The notes below the pieces were generated by a model. It saw only the letters and a program-made list of their open reading frames with translations. It had not been told where the DNA came from and ran no database searches. The position numbers were made by a program, and so were the translations under genes. Source: an uncultured Chloroflexia bacterium (GTDB lineage: Bacteria; Chloroflexota; Limnocylindria; Limnocylindrales; CSP1-4). Taken from it: 64,000 bases of DNA. Shown piece after piece: positions 41,405 through 51,881 of the stretch. The stretch is from positions 428,855-492,854 of the forward strand of contig CAVQIZ010000003.1 of NCBI GenBank assembly GCA_963712735.1. The letters run 5' to 3'. The first letter of the stretch is position 1. Every line of letters starts with the position of its first letter.

Positions 41405-42306
41405 TCGCCAGCTCCGACGAGCGCGTCACCGCCTTCCCCGGCAGCGAGTCCGGCCGCCTGCGCCTGGCCATCCCCAACAAGGGCCGCATGCAGGCGCCGT
41501 CGCTGCAGCTGCTTCACGATGCCGGCCTGCGCTTCGAGGATGGCACCCGTGCGCTCACCTCCAAGGTGGACGGCTTCCCGCTGGACATCCTCTTCGTGCG
41601 CACCGACGACATCGTCGAGTTCGTGGCCGACGGCGTGGCCGACCTCGGCATCACCGGCACCAACCTGCTCATCGAGAACGGCGCCGACCTGGAGATCCTG
41701 GTCGAGCTGGGCTACGGCTACTGCCGGCTGGAGGCCGCGGTGCCCAACGACTCGCCGGCGCACTCGCTCGAAGACCTGGCCGGCTTCCGCCTGGCCACCA
41801 GTCACCCGCATGCCGCCGAGACGTCCTTCGCCCAGCGTGGCATCGAGACCGAGATCGTGACCATCAGCGGCGCCGTCGAGGTGGCGCCCGCGATGGGCCT
41901 CGCCGACGGCATCGTGGACCTGGTGTCCAGCGGCTCGACGCTCATCATGAACGGCCTTCGCTCGGTGGGCCCGCTCTTCGCCAGCCAGGCCATCCTCGTG
42001 GGCCGCCCTGATGCCACCCCGGAGGCCGCTGCCATCACGGCCGAGGTGCGCACGATGGTCGAGGCCGTCATCGCCGGCCGCGGCGTGAAGTACCTCATGA
42101 TGAATGCTCCCACCAGCGCCCTGGAGACCATCGAGGCCATCCTGCCCGGGCTCGAATCTCCCAGCGTGCTGCCGCTGGCACACGAAGGCATGCACGCGGT
42201 CCACGCGGTGGTGGGCGCCAACGACGTCCATCGCATCCTCGTCCCGCTGCGTGAAGCCGGCGCCACCGGCATCCTCGTCGTCCCCGTGGAGAAGCTCCTG
42301 CCATGA
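41401..42306 (+). CDS. hisG: ATP phosphoribosyltransferase, long form
   Basis: LRLAIPNKGRM...DILFVRTDDIVEFVADGVADLGITG...LVSSGSTL plus the C-terminal regulatory domain. Confidence 0.92.
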   Translation: MIASSDERVTAFPGSESGRLRLAIPNKGRMQAPSLQLLHDAGLRFEDGTRALTSKVDGFPLDILFVRTDDIVEFVADGVADLGITGTNLLIENGADLEILVELGYGYCRLEAAVPNDSPAHSLEDLAGFRLATSHPHAAETSFAQRGIETEIVTISGAVEVAPAMGLADGIVDLVSSGSTLIMNGLRSVGPLFASQAILVGRPDATPEAAAITAEVRTMVEAVIAGRGVKYLMMNAPTSALETIEAILPGLESPSVLPLAHEGMHAVHAVVGANDVHRILVPLREAGATGILVVPVEKLLP

Positions 42307-43634
42307 CCGACACCTCCGCCCCGACCCTCAGGCGTCTCCGGCTGGCCGAAGCGACCGAGGCCGAGCGTCGGGCACTCACCGACCGCGCCTCCACAGCCAC
42401 GCCGGACATCCGGGCCAGGGCGCGCGCCATCGTCGACAGCATCCGGGCCGGTGGCGATGCGGCGCTGCGCGACGCCAACCGGCGCTTCGGCGGCGGCCTC
42501 ACGGAGCCCACGTCCGCCCCCGCGCTCCGGGTGCCTCGGGCGGAGCTGGAGGCGGCTCGGGATGCGCTGCCGGACGAGCTGCGCGCCGGCCTCGAGCAGA
42601 TGGCGCGCAACATCGAGGCCTTCCATGCCGTCGAGGTGCCGCCCCCGGCGCAATGGGTGGAGACCGAGCCGGGAGTCAACGTGGGTCGGGTCTGGCGCGG
42701 GCTCGACCGGGTCGCCGCCTACGTCCCCGGCGGCACCGCGGCCTACCCCTCGTCCCTGCTGATGAGCGCCATCCCCGCGCGACTCGCGGGTGTCGGTACC
42801 TTCGTCGTCGCCAGCCCGGCGGGTGCCAACGGCGAGCTGTCGCCTGCCCTGCTGGGTGCGGCCGGGCTCATGGAGGTCGAGGAGTTCTGGGTCATGGGCG
42901 GCGCCCAGGCCATCGGGGCGCTGGCCTACGGCACCGAATCGATCGCCCGCGTGGACAAGATCGTGGGCCCCGGCAACGCCTGGGTCACCGCAGCCAAGCT
43001 GGAGGTGCTCGATGCCTGTGCCATCGACATGCCCGCCGGCCCGACCGAGGTCATGGTCGTGGCCGACGACACCGCCGACCCGGTCCACGTGGCTGCCGAC
43101 CTGCTGAGCCAGGCCGAGCACGGTCCCGACTCCCCTTCCCTGCTGGTGACGCCCAGCGAGGCCCTGGCCGACGCGGTCGAGGTCGAGCTGGCCCGGCAGC
43201 TGCCGACGCTCCTTCGTCGCGACACCCTGGCCGAATCGGTCAGGGCAGCGGGCACCGTCGTCATCACCGCCGATATCGACGAGGCGCTGGCCTTCGCCGA
43301 CGCCTACGCACCCGAGCACCTCTCGTGCGTGGTGGCGGACCTCGACGCCGCCCTGGCCGCGCTGAGCCATGCCGGCTCGCTCTTCCTGGGTCCCTACGCG
43401 CCCGAGTCGGCGGGCGACTACGCCGCCGGCTCCAACCACGTGCTGCCCACCGCCGGGGCCGGACGTGCCTACAGCCCGCTGGGCGTGGAGTCGTTCGGAC
43501 GCTGGATGCAGGTCAACCGGGTCACACGTGATGGCCTCGCACGCATCCTGCCGGCCGTCGCCGCGGTGGCGGAGGCTGAGGGCCTGACGGCCCACCGCCG
43601 CGCGGTGGAGATCCGCTTCGAGGACCAGGGCTGA
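42303..43634 (+). CDS. hisD: Histidinol dehydrogenase
   Basis: 443 aa. ...[16 protein letters not shown]...[11 protein letters not shown]...SQAEHGPDS...APEHL... Overlaps hisG by 4 nt. Confidence 0.93.
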   Translation: MTDTSAPTLRRLRLAEATEAERRALTDRASTATPDIRARARAIVDSIRAGGDAALRDANRRFGGGLTEPTSAPALRVPRAELEAARDALPDELRAGLEQMARNIEAFHAVEVPPPAQWVETEPGVNVGRVWRGLDRVAAYVPGGTAAYPSSLLMSAIPARLAGVGTFVVASPAGANGELSPALLGAAGLMEVEEFWVMGGAQAIGALAYGTESIARVDKIVGPGNAWVTAAKLEVLDACAIDMPAGPTEVMVVADDTADPVHVAADLLSQAEHGPDSPSLLVTPSEALADAVEVELARQLPTLLRRDTLAESVRAAGTVVITADIDEALAFADAYAPEHLSCVVADLDAALAALSHAGSLFLGPYAPESAGDYAAGSNHVLPTAGAGRAYSPLGVESFGRWMQVNRVTRDGLARILPAVAAVAEAEGLTAHRRAVEIRFEDQG

Positions 43635-44762
43635 TGTCGCTCGAGACGACACAGGCGCTCGTCGCCGGCAGCAACGTCTACACCTGGGAGCCGCCCAACC
43701 GCGTCATCGCCGCTCGCTACGGGCTCGATGAGCGCGACATCCTGCGCTTCGACACCAACACCAGCCCGGCGGTGCTGTCCTACCTGCCCGCTGCGCTGGA
43801 CGGGCCCTGGGACCCGCCGCTGCACGAGTATCCCGACTCGACCTACGCCGAGCTCGCGGAAGCGGCCGCGGCCTACGTCGGCGCCCGGCCCGACGAGATC
43901 CTCGTCGGCTGCGGTGCGGACGAGGTGCTCGACATCATCGCCAAGACGTTCCTCTCGGCGGGGTCCGGCTCGGTCGTGCCGGTGCCCACGTACTCGATGT
44001 ACGCGGTGCTCAGCGACCAGCGCGACGCGCGCCTGGAGAGCGTGCCGAGGCTCGGCCCGGAGGCGGGCTACGCCCTCGACCTGGACGCCATGACCGCCGC
44101 ACTTCCCGGCGCCGCGGTCGTCTGGCTGTGCGCACCCAACAACCCCACCGGCACGCCCGAGTCCGAGGCCGACCTGGAGGCGTTGCTGCAGGCAGGTGCG
44201 GCGCTCCCCGGCGGCGGCCCCATCATCGTCGTCGACGAGGCCTACATCGAGTTCCACCCGCGCTCACTGGTGCCGCTGCGCGACCGCTATCCCGCGCTCA
44301 TCGTGGTGCGCACGCTGTCCAAGGCCTTCGCCTTGACCGGCCTGCGCGTGGGCTATGCGGTGGCGGCGCGCTCCACCATCGAGCAGCTGGAGCGGATGCG
44401 GCCGCCAGGCAGTCTCAACACGCTCTCGGCCAGGGCGGCCGCGGTCGCGCTGCGACAGCCGGAGATCGCCGCCGCCAATGCCGCGGCGCTGGGCCACGAG
44501 CGCGACTGGCTGGCCGCGCGGCTGACGGGACTGGGCCTGCCACCGCTACCCAGCGTCACCAACTTCCTGCTGTGTCGCATCGGCACGCCCGGCGAGGCCG
44601 ACGCTCTCAACGAGGCGCTGCTGCGGCGGGGCATCGTGGTGCGCACGTTCGGGCCCAGCTACGCTGCTGGCGGGTCATCTGCGCTTCACGGTACGGAACC
44701 GCGAGCAGAACGAGCGGTTCCTCGATGTCATCCAGGCCTGGTCCGATGGGAGGTCAGCATGA
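43634..44762 (+). CDS. hisC: Histidinol-phosphate aminotransferase; +1 frame break near ~44655-44665 as assembled
   Basis: N-terminal ~340 aa in the frame of ORF 43634 (..NPTGT..., [15 protein letters not shown]). The true C-terminus [32 protein letters not shown] is read in another frame and ends at the TGA at 44760-44762, overlapping the hisB ATG. Confidence 0.85.
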
Positions 44763-45372
44763 GTCAGCCACGTCGCGGCGAGCGCGTCCGCGAGACCCGC
44801 GAGACGCGCATCACGGTGAGCGTCGATCTCGACGGCAGCGGCGCGGCCGCCATCGCCACGGGAGTCGGCTTCTACGACCACCTGCTGAGCTCGCTGGCGC
44901 ATCACTCGCTCATCGACATCGAGGTCAATGCCGTGGGCGACATCGAGGTCGACGACCACCACACCGTCGAGGACGTGGCGCTGGCGCTCGGCGGCGCCAT
45001 CAGCGACGCGCTCGGCGATCGCGCCGGCATCACCCGCTTCGGGGCCGCGCGGGTGCCCATGGACGAGTCGCTGGCGCAGTGCGCGCTGGACCTCTCCGGC
45101 CGGCCGTACGCGGTCATCGACCTGCCCTTCCGGGCCGACCGCATGGGCGAGCTCTCGATCGCAGATGGTGGAGCACGCCCTGGCCTCGTTCGCGCAGGCT
45201 GCGGGCGCCACCTTGCACGTCGATGGCCGGGGGCGCAACGATCACCACCTCGCGGAAGCCGCGTTCAAGGCGCTCGCACGCGCGCTGCGCATGGCCGTCG
45301 CGCCCGACCCGCGACGCAGCGGCGTGGCCTCCACCAAGGGCTCGCTGGAGCTCGACCGGGGGCACCACGTGA
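44759..45372 (+). CDS. hisB: Imidazoleglycerol-phosphate dehydratase; frame breaks near ~45160 and at the G5 run 45358-45362 as assembled
   Basis: [26 protein letters not shown]...GFYDHLL...[10 protein letters not shown], then [11 protein letters not shown]...[19 protein letters not shown]...STKGSL in a second frame. With GGGG instead of GGGGG the gene ends at the TGA at 45370-45372, overlapping the hisH GTG. Confidence 0.85.
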
Positions 45373-46021
45373 GCGAGCCCATCCGCGTGGCCGTGGTCGA
45401 CTACGGCGCCGGCAACCTGGTCAGCATCCGCAACGCGCTGCTGCTGCTGGGCGCCGAGGTGCGCGTGGCGGAGGCGCCCGCCGACCTCGACGGTGCCGAG
45501 GTCATCCTCGTGCCCGGCGTGGGGGCCAGCGAGCCGGCCATGGGCCGGCTGCGGCGGCAGGGACTGGAGCGCCCCATCATCGAGCGCGTCCGCGGCGGAA
45601 CCTGGTTCATCGGCATCTGCCTGGGCCTGCAGCTGCTCTTCGAGCGCTCGCACGAGGACGATGCCCGCGATGCTGGGGCTGCTGGAGGGTGACGTGGAGC
45701 TGATCCCGGCGGCACCGAGCCTGCCGCACATCGGCTGGAACCGGCTGGAGGTCAGGCGCGACCACCCCGTCATGGCCGGACTGGCCGACGGCACGCCGGC
45801 CTACTTCGTGCACAGCTACGCGCCGGTGCCGGCCGACCCCGCCATCGTCGTCGCCGAGACCGAGCACGGCGGCCGCTTCGCCAGCCTCGTGGCCGTTGAC
45901 CGCATCATCGGCTTCCAGTTCCACCCCGAGCGCTCGGGCCAGCGACGGCCTGCACATGCTGCGCAACACGCTCGACCTGATCGCCGCCGACCGGCCCAGC
46001 CGCGCGGAGGTCCTCGCCTGA
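45369..46021 (+). CDS. hisH: Imidazole glycerol phosphate synthase glutaminase subunit; two frame breaks (~45660, ~45940) as assembled
   Basis: [24 protein letters not shown]...[13 protein letters not shown], then [12 protein letters not shown]...HIGWN...FVHSY...FQFHPERSG, then [25 protein letters not shown]. These are read in three successive frames. Confidence 0.8.
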
Positions 46022-46800
46022 TGCTGCTCAAGCGTGTCATCCCCTGCCTGGACGTCAAGGACGGCCGCGTCGTCAAGGGCGTGCGTTTCGTGGACCTCAC
46101 CGACGAGGGCGATCCGCCCGAGCTGGCCCGGCGCTACGCGGAGGCCGGGGCCGACGAGATCTGCTTCCTCGACATCACCGCTGCACCCGAGGGCCGGGGC
46201 ACCCTGCTCGACATCGTCGAGCGCACGGCCAGCCAGGTGTTCGTGCCGCTGTCGGTCGGTGGCGGCGTGCGCTCGGCGCGGGAGATGCGCGACGTGCTGC
46301 GCGCCGGCGCCGACAAGGTCGCCATCAACACGGCCGCCGTCGACGACCCCTCGCTCGTGGCCACCTGCGCTCGCCGCTTCGGCAGCCAGTGCGTGGTCAT
46401 CAGCGTGGACGCCCGCGCGGTGCCCGGTGAGCCCGGGCGCTGGGAGGTGGTGGTGCAGGGTGGCCGGGTGCCCACCGGGCTCGACGCGGTCGAGTGGATC
46501 GATCGCTGCGTCGCCAACGGCGCCGGGGAGGTCCTGCTGACCTCGATCGACCGCGACGGCACGCAGGAGGGCTTCGACATCGAGCTGCTGCGAACGGTGA
46601 CCGCCCGCGTGGAGGTGCCCGTCATCGCGTCGGGCGGAGCCGGCACGCCGGCCGACATGACCGCCGCCGTGACCGACGGCAACGCCGACGCCGTCCTGGC
46701 GGCGTCGATCTTCCACCGCGACATCCACTCCATCGCCGCGGTCAAGGCCGACATGGCGGCGGCCGGTGTGCCCGTGCGGCTCACCGAGGGAGTGGCCTGA
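46021..46800 (+). CDS. hisF: Imidazole glycerol phosphate synthase cyclase subunit
   Basis: [20 protein letters not shown]...[10 protein letters not shown]...SVGGG...ASGGAG...AASIFH. Intact. Confidence 0.93.
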   Translation: MLLKRVIPCLDVKDGRVVKGVRFVDLTDEGDPPELARRYAEAGADEICFLDITAAPEGRGTLLDIVERTASQVFVPLSVGGGVRSAREMRDVLRAGADKVAINTAAVDDPSLVATCARRFGSQCVVISVDARAVPGEPGRWEVVVQGGRVPTGLDAVEWIDRCVANGAGEVLLTSIDRDGTQEGFDIELLRTVTARVEVPVIASGGAGTPADMTAAVTDGNADAVLAASIFHRDIHSIAAVKADMAAAGVPVRLTEGVA

Positions 46801-47492
46801 TGCCCGGCTCACGGGCCCGGCCACTCGATCCGGCGGCCGTGCGCTTCGGTCCCGACGGGCTGGTAGCCGCGGTGGTCCAGGATGCCGACGACGGCCGCGT
46901 GCTGATGGTCGCCTGGCAGGACGCCGAGGCCATCGAGGCCACGCTCGCGAGCGGCCAGGCCCACTTCCACTCGCGCTCGCGCGATGCGCTGTGGAAGAAG
47001 GGCGAGACGAGCGGCAACACGCTCGCGGTCGTCTCGATGGAGCTCGACTGCGACGCCGATGCGGTGCTCATCCGGGCGCGCCCGGCAGGGCCGACGTGTC
47101 ACACCGAGGCCCGCTCCTGCTTCGACCTGGAACCGGGGCAGCCGGCCCCCGTCGCCGCAGCCGACTCGGCCACGCAGGACTTCGCCTGGCTCGAGCGGCT
47201 GTGGGCCACCATCGAGGAGCGCGCGCGGACACGTCCCGAGGGCTCGTACACCAGCAAGCTGCTCGACGAGGGCGTCGACGCCACCGCTCGCAAGGTCGCC
47301 GAGGAGGCGACGGAGGTGGTGATGGCGGCCAAGGACGACGAGGTCGCCGAGCGGCTGGGTCGCGAGCGGCCACGCGCCGAGCTGGCCGGCGAGCTGGCCG
47401 ACCTGCTCTACCACGCCCTGGTGCTCTGCGCCGAGCGCGGTCTCTCGCCGGCAGCGGTCATCGAGACCCTCAAGGCGCGCCACCGCACCTGA
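46800..47492 (+). CDS. hisI: Bifunctional phosphoribosyl-AMP cyclohydrolase / phosphoribosyl-ATP pyrophosphatase
   Basis: ...GLVAAVVQDADDGRVLMVAWQDAEA...HFHSRSR..LWKKGETSGN...DCDADAVL (HisI), then ...YTSKLLDEG...KVAEEATEVV...ELADLLYHALVL (HisE). The ATG overlaps the hisF TGA. Confidence 0.9.
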   Translation: MPGSRARPLDPAAVRFGPDGLVAAVVQDADDGRVLMVAWQDAEAIEATLASGQAHFHSRSRDALWKKGETSGNTLAVVSMELDCDADAVLIRARPAGPTCHTEARSCFDLEPGQPAPVAAADSATQDFAWLERLWATIEERARTRPEGSYTSKLLDEGVDATARKVAEEATEVVMAAKDDEVAERLGRERPRAELAGELADLLYHALVLCAERGLSPAAVIETLKARHRT

Positions 47493-47532
47493 GCGGCCGC
47501 GCGCGGGCGGCAGCGCGACCCGGTGATCAGCG

Positions 47533-48826
47533 TCAGCCGGCGCGGCGTCCCACGAAGCGGCGCTTCTTGCCCATGGCCACCCACCAGTAGCGCCCCTCGA
47601 TGAGGTCCGGCGGGCGCGCGGCCGGATCGCTCAGCCGCTCCCCGTTGATGGAGAAGCCGCCCTGCGAGATGAGCCGGCGAGCTTCGCCGCGCGACTGGCC
47701 GCCCGCGGCCACGGCCACGTCGAGCGCCGTCCACTCCCCGGCCTCGGGGCCGAACTCGAAGCCACCGACCGCGTCGTAGAGCACCGCCAGCACGGCCGGG
47801 TCATCCACGCTCGCAGCGAAGGCCGCGCCGGCCACGATCACCTGGCGGTCGGCCTCCTCGCGACCGTGGATGCGCTCGGTCAGGTCGTAGGCCAGGGCTG
47901 CCTGGGCCAGGCGTCGTTCGGGCGCCTCGGCGTGACCATCGGCGATGGACTCGATCTGCTCGCGCGGCAGCGTGGTCAGCCAGCGCAGGTGGTCGATGAC
48001 CAGCTCGTCATCGTCGTTGATCCAGTACTGGTAGAAGTCGTAGGGACTGGTGAGCTCACGGTCGAGGAAGACCGCGCCCTTCTCCGACTTGCCCATCTTC
48101 TGGCCCGAGCGGTTCAGCAGCAGCGGGCTGCACAGGCCGAAGGCGCTGGGCTCGTGACCCTCGCTCGCCGGTCTCGCCCTCGGCTTCGCGGTTCTCGACG
48201 CGGCGGATGAGCTCGAGGCCGGCGGTGATGTTGCCCCACTGGTCCGCGCCGCCCATCTGCATGTCCACGCCCTCGTGCTGGTGGAGGTGCAGGAAATCCG
48301 CCGCCTGCAGCGTCTGGTAGCTGAACTCGGTGAAGCTCATGCCCGCCGCCAGCCGCGCCTGTACCGAATCCTTGGCCAGCATGTAGGGCACCGTGAAGTG
48401 CTTGCCGATGTCGCGCAGGAAGTCGATGACCGACATGGGCGCCAGCCACTCGAGGTTGTTGAGCATCTTGGGCTGGGTCGGGCCGGGCGAGAAGTCGAGG
48501 AACCGCTCCAGCTGCTGCCGCAGCGCCGCGGAGTTGGCCTCGATGGTGGGGGCGTCGAGGAGCTGGCGCTCCGACGACTTGCCCGATGGATCGCCGATCA
48601 TGCCGGTGCCGCCGCCGATGAGCACGACGGGCCGCCCGCCAGCACGCTGCAGGTGCGTCAGCAGGAACACCTGCAGCAGGTGACCCACGTGGAGCGACGT
48701 GGCGCTGGCGTCGAAGCCGATGTAGGCGCTGATGGGACCGGCGGCGAGGCGCGCCTCCAGCCCTTCCGAGGAGAGGTGGACGAGGCCGCGCCAGCTGAGC
48801 TCGTCGAGCAGGGCCGACGAGCTCAC
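47533..48826 (-). CDS. tyrS: Tyrosine--tRNA ligase; one frame break near ~48160-48185 as assembled
   Basis: ORF 48056..48826 has ...YIGFDASATSLHVGHL (HIGH) ...GGADQWGNITAGLELIRR. ORF 47533..48096 continues with KMGKSEKGAVFLD (KMSKS) and the S4 domain. The joining peptide EGHEPSAFGLCSPLLLNRSGQKMGKSE is read in the downstream frame. Confidence 0.88.
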
Positions 48827-48870
48827 GCCGCGCGGACCGTGAACGGATAAGTCTGTGTGTGCATCCCTTC

Positions 48871-51870
48871 ATGCTAGCCAGACGCACGCGTGGGCGTGCC
48901 GGAACCCAGCCACGGCAGCGTCCGCCGACCTCTGCGACCGATGCTAGAGTCGGCCGCGCATGCAGCCCTACCCTCCCTATCGACCGCCGCAGCCCCCCGT
49001 CACCCGCCGACCGTCGCGGGAGCCGCAAGTCGGGCGCCCTCAAGGCCGGCGCCATCGTCGTCTTCAGCCTCTTCGTGATGGTGGCGATGCTGGGCTTCGT
49101 GGCTGTCGTCGGTGGCGCCTTCGTCTACAGCCGCGACCTGCCCCACCCCAGCCAGCTGGAGGAGATCGTCTTCCCCGAGGACAGCATCATCTACGACCGC
49201 AACGGCAAGATCCTCGCGCGCATCACCGCCGGCGGTGAGAGCCGGCGCACGATCGAGTGGCAGGACGTGCCGCCGGTGCTCGCCGATGCCGTCACCGCGG
49301 TGGAGGACAAGACCTTCTGGGCCAACACCGGCATCGACCCCCTCGGCATCGTCGCGGCCGCCATCGACACCTTCACCGGCGACGCCCGCGGTGGCTCCAC
49401 CATCACCCAGCAGCTGGTGCGCCAGAAGCTGCTGCCGGAGGACGTCATCGCCACCTCGCAGCGCCTCGGCGACCGCAAGATCAAGGAGCTCATCCAGGCG
49501 GTTCGCGTCACCGACTACTACCGCGGCGAGTCGGGCAAGCAGGACATCCTCACGGCCTACCTGAACCAGAACTTCTACGGCAACAACAGCTACGGCGTGC
49601 TGGCCGCGGCCAAGTCGTACTTCGACATCAACAGCCTTGCCGACCTGACGCTGGCGCAGGCGGCGACCCTGGCGGCGCTGCCCCAGGCGCCCTCGACCTA
49701 CGACCTGGTGCGCAACGCCGAGGAGAACGAGGCAGGCCAGCTGCAGGTGCCGGCCGATTCGGCCATCGTGCAGCGGCGCAACCTGGTGTTGCGCCTGCTG
49801 GCCGACGATCCCACCCGGCGCGTGCTCAGCGGCGACACCTACAGCGCCCAGGACTACCGCGACGCCATGTCCGAGCCCCTCATCCTGCGCGACCAGTCAC
49901 AGCCGGCCTGGAAGGCGCCGCACTTCGTGTGGTACGTCCGCGAGGAGCTGCGGGAGCTGCTGTGTGACGAAGCCGAGACCTGCGATGCGCTCAAGCAGGG
50001 CGGTCTGCGCGTCACCACCACCCTCGACTACGACATCCAGAAGAAGGCCGAGAACTGGGTGCGAGCCGCTGCGCTCGTACCGCACCGCGCAGATCCGCAG
50101 GGCTCGGCCGCGGCCCTGGGTGTCCCCTACACCGACTGGATGGCGCGCCTACGGACGCAGAACGTCTGGAACGCCGCGCTCTCGGCACTCGACTACCAGA
50201 CCGGCGAGATCATCGCCTATGTCGGCTCGGCCAACTACTACGAGCGCGCCAAGGTCAACAAGAAGATGCAGCCGCAGTTCGACGTGCTCGCCGACGGCTG
50301 GCGGCAGCCCGGCTCGGCCTTCAAGCCCTTCACCTATGCCACCGGCATCCACGACAAGACGCTGACCGCGGCCACCATGCTGATGGACGTGACCACCGAC
50401 TTCGGCGGCGGCTATGTCCCCACCGACTTCAACGGACGCGAGCGGGGTCCGCTGCGTGTCCGCAACGCGCTGCAGTTCTCGCTCAACGTGCCCGCCGTGA
50501 AGGCGCTCTCGCTGGTGGGCACGGGCAACGTGTTCGACAAGGCCCAGGCGTTCGGCATGGAGTTCCAGCAGGACCGCCCCACGGCCGGCCTGTCGATGGC
50601 GCTGGGCACGCTGGAGGTCCACCCGCTCGACCTGAACCAGGCCTACGCCACGTTGGCCAACGGCGGCGTCAACGTGGGCCACACGTCCATCCTCGAGATC
50701 CGCAGTGTCAACCCGGACAACGACGTCGAGTACACCTACCAGCCGCCCAAGGGCGAGCGGGTCATCTCCGATCAGGCGGCATTCATCACCACCGACATCC
50801 TCGCGGGCAACACCGACCCCTCGGTCAACCCGGTGTGGGCGGCCAAGGCGCAGCTCACCGCCGCCAACGGCCAGCGCCGTCCGGCGGCGCTCAAGACGGG
50901 CACCACCAACGACGCCAAGGACCTCAACGCCTACGGCTATATCGCACCGCCGTCGCGGCAGGGCCGCAGGAACGGGGAATATGCCCTCTCCGTGGGTGTC
51001 TGGGCCGGCAACAGCAATGCCAGCCCGGTCACGACGGTGGCGAACCCGGTCTTCTCGCTCGACGTCGCGGCACCGGTGTGGGACGCCTTCCTCACCGATG
51101 TCACGCGCGACTGGGAGGTGCGCGATTTCAGCCGGCCCAGCGGTATCTCCACCGCCAGCGTGGACGCCTGGACCGGCTTCCAGCCGTCGCCGTATTCGCG
51201 GCGACAGGTCAGCGAGCTCTTCGTGCGCGGCACGGCGCCGGCGCCTGACCCCTACCTTGTGCCCCTGGAGATGGTCAAGGGCAGCGATGGCCGGTGGTAT
51301 CGCTGGGACGAGAGCTGCGAGGACATGGGCCAGCCACGCACACGAGGCTATCTCGTGCTCGACGATGCCGAGTCGCTCACGCGCAGCTGGAACGACGCGG
51401 TCAGGGGCTGGATCAAGCGTGCCCGCAATGGCGAGGGCGTCGGGGCCAACGTCTCGAGCAGCAAGCGCACCTACACGGCCTACTTCTTCGAGCCCTACTA
51501 CCAGCCATACGGACAGTCCTGGGGCGGGCCCTTCCCGCCCACGAGGTCCTGTAGCAAGGCCCCCACCGAGAGCCCCAGCCCGGAACCGTCGCCGGAGCTG
51601 TCGCCGTCGCCTGAAGCGTCATTCGAGCCCAGCCCCTCCCCCGAGGCCACACCTGAGCCCAGCCAGGAACCGCAGCCGACGCAGAAGCCCAAGCCGACCC
51701 CGACACCCAAGCCATCCCCGACCCCGGCTCCCAGCCAGCCGCCGCCCGACGCGAGCATCGAACCAGCCTCGCAACGCACGCCCACGGCCGGCACGTCACC
51801 GGGGCCGGCTGCATCGCCGTCGCCGGTGGCCGAGCCGTCAGCCGAGGGGGTGACGCCGGCCGCCGGCTGA
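48871..51870 (+). CDS. ponA: Class A penicillin-binding protein (glycosyltransferase + transpeptidase) with a Pro/Ser/Glu-rich tail; start uncertain
   Basis: AVTAVEDKTFWANTGIDP, GGSTITQQLVRQ (GT51); GSAFKP, SLNVPA, KTGTTND (transpeptidase). TM AIVVFSLFVMVAMLGFVAVVGG. An alternative N-terminus MQPYPPYRPPQPP (ATG 48960) would need one C fewer in the C6 run at ~48993. Confidence 0.88.
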   Translation: MLARRTRGRAGTQPRQRPPTSATDARVGRACSPTLPIDRRSPPSPADRRGSRKSGALKAGAIVVFSLFVMVAMLGFVAVVGGAFVYSRDLPHPSQLEEIVFPEDSIIYDRNGKILARITAGGESRRTIEWQDVPPVLADAVTAVEDKTFWANTGIDPLGIVAAAIDTFTGDARGGSTITQQLVRQKLLPEDVIATSQRLGDRKIKELIQAVRVTDYYRGESGKQDILTAYLNQNFYGNNSYGVLAAAKSYFDINSLADLTLAQAATLAALPQAPSTYDLVRNAEENEAGQLQVPADSAIVQRRNLVLRLLADDPTRRVLSGDTYSAQDYRDAMSEPLILRDQSQPAWKAPHFVWYVREELRELLCDEAETCDALKQGGLRVTTTLDYDIQKKAENWVRAAALVPHRADPQGSAAALGVPYTDWMARLRTQNVWNAALSALDYQTGEIIAYVGSANYYERAKVNKKMQPQFDVLADGWRQPGSAFKPFTYATGIHDKTLTAATMLMDVTTDFGGGYVPTDFNGRERGPLRVRNALQFSLNVPAVKALSLVGTGNVFDKAQAFGMEFQQDRPTAGLSMALGTLEVHPLDLNQAYATLANGGVNVGHTSILEIRSVNPDNDVEYTYQPPKGERVISDQAAFITTDILAGNTDPSVNPVWAAKAQLTAANGQRRPAALKTGTTNDAKDLNAYGYIAPPSRQGRRNGEYALSVGVWAGNSNASPVTTVANPVFSLDVAAPVWDAFLTDVTRDWEVRDFSRPSGISTASVDAWTGFQPSPYSRRQVSELFVRGTAPAPDPYLVPLEMVKGSDGRWYRWDESCEDMGQPRTRGYLVLDDAESLTRSWNDAVRGWIKRARNGEGVGANVSSSKRTYTAYFFEPYYQPYGQSWGGPFPPTRSCSKAPTESPSPEPSPELSPSPEASFEPSPSPEATPEPSQEPQPTQKPKPTPTPKPSPTPAPSQPPPDASIEPASQRTPTAGTSPGPAASPSPVAEPSAEGVTPAAG

Positions 51871-51881
51871 GCCCATCGCCC

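Noticed and set aside
43634-45703. 689-aa ORF that looks like a HisC-HisB fusion protein, and an in-frame HisB-HisH read-through at 45352-45372.
   Set aside because: The junctions are produced by frame breaks. The genuine HisC C-terminus and its TGA (overlapping the hisB ATG) are present in another frame, and one G fewer in a G5 run restores the hisB stop. This is an artefact of indels, not a fusion.
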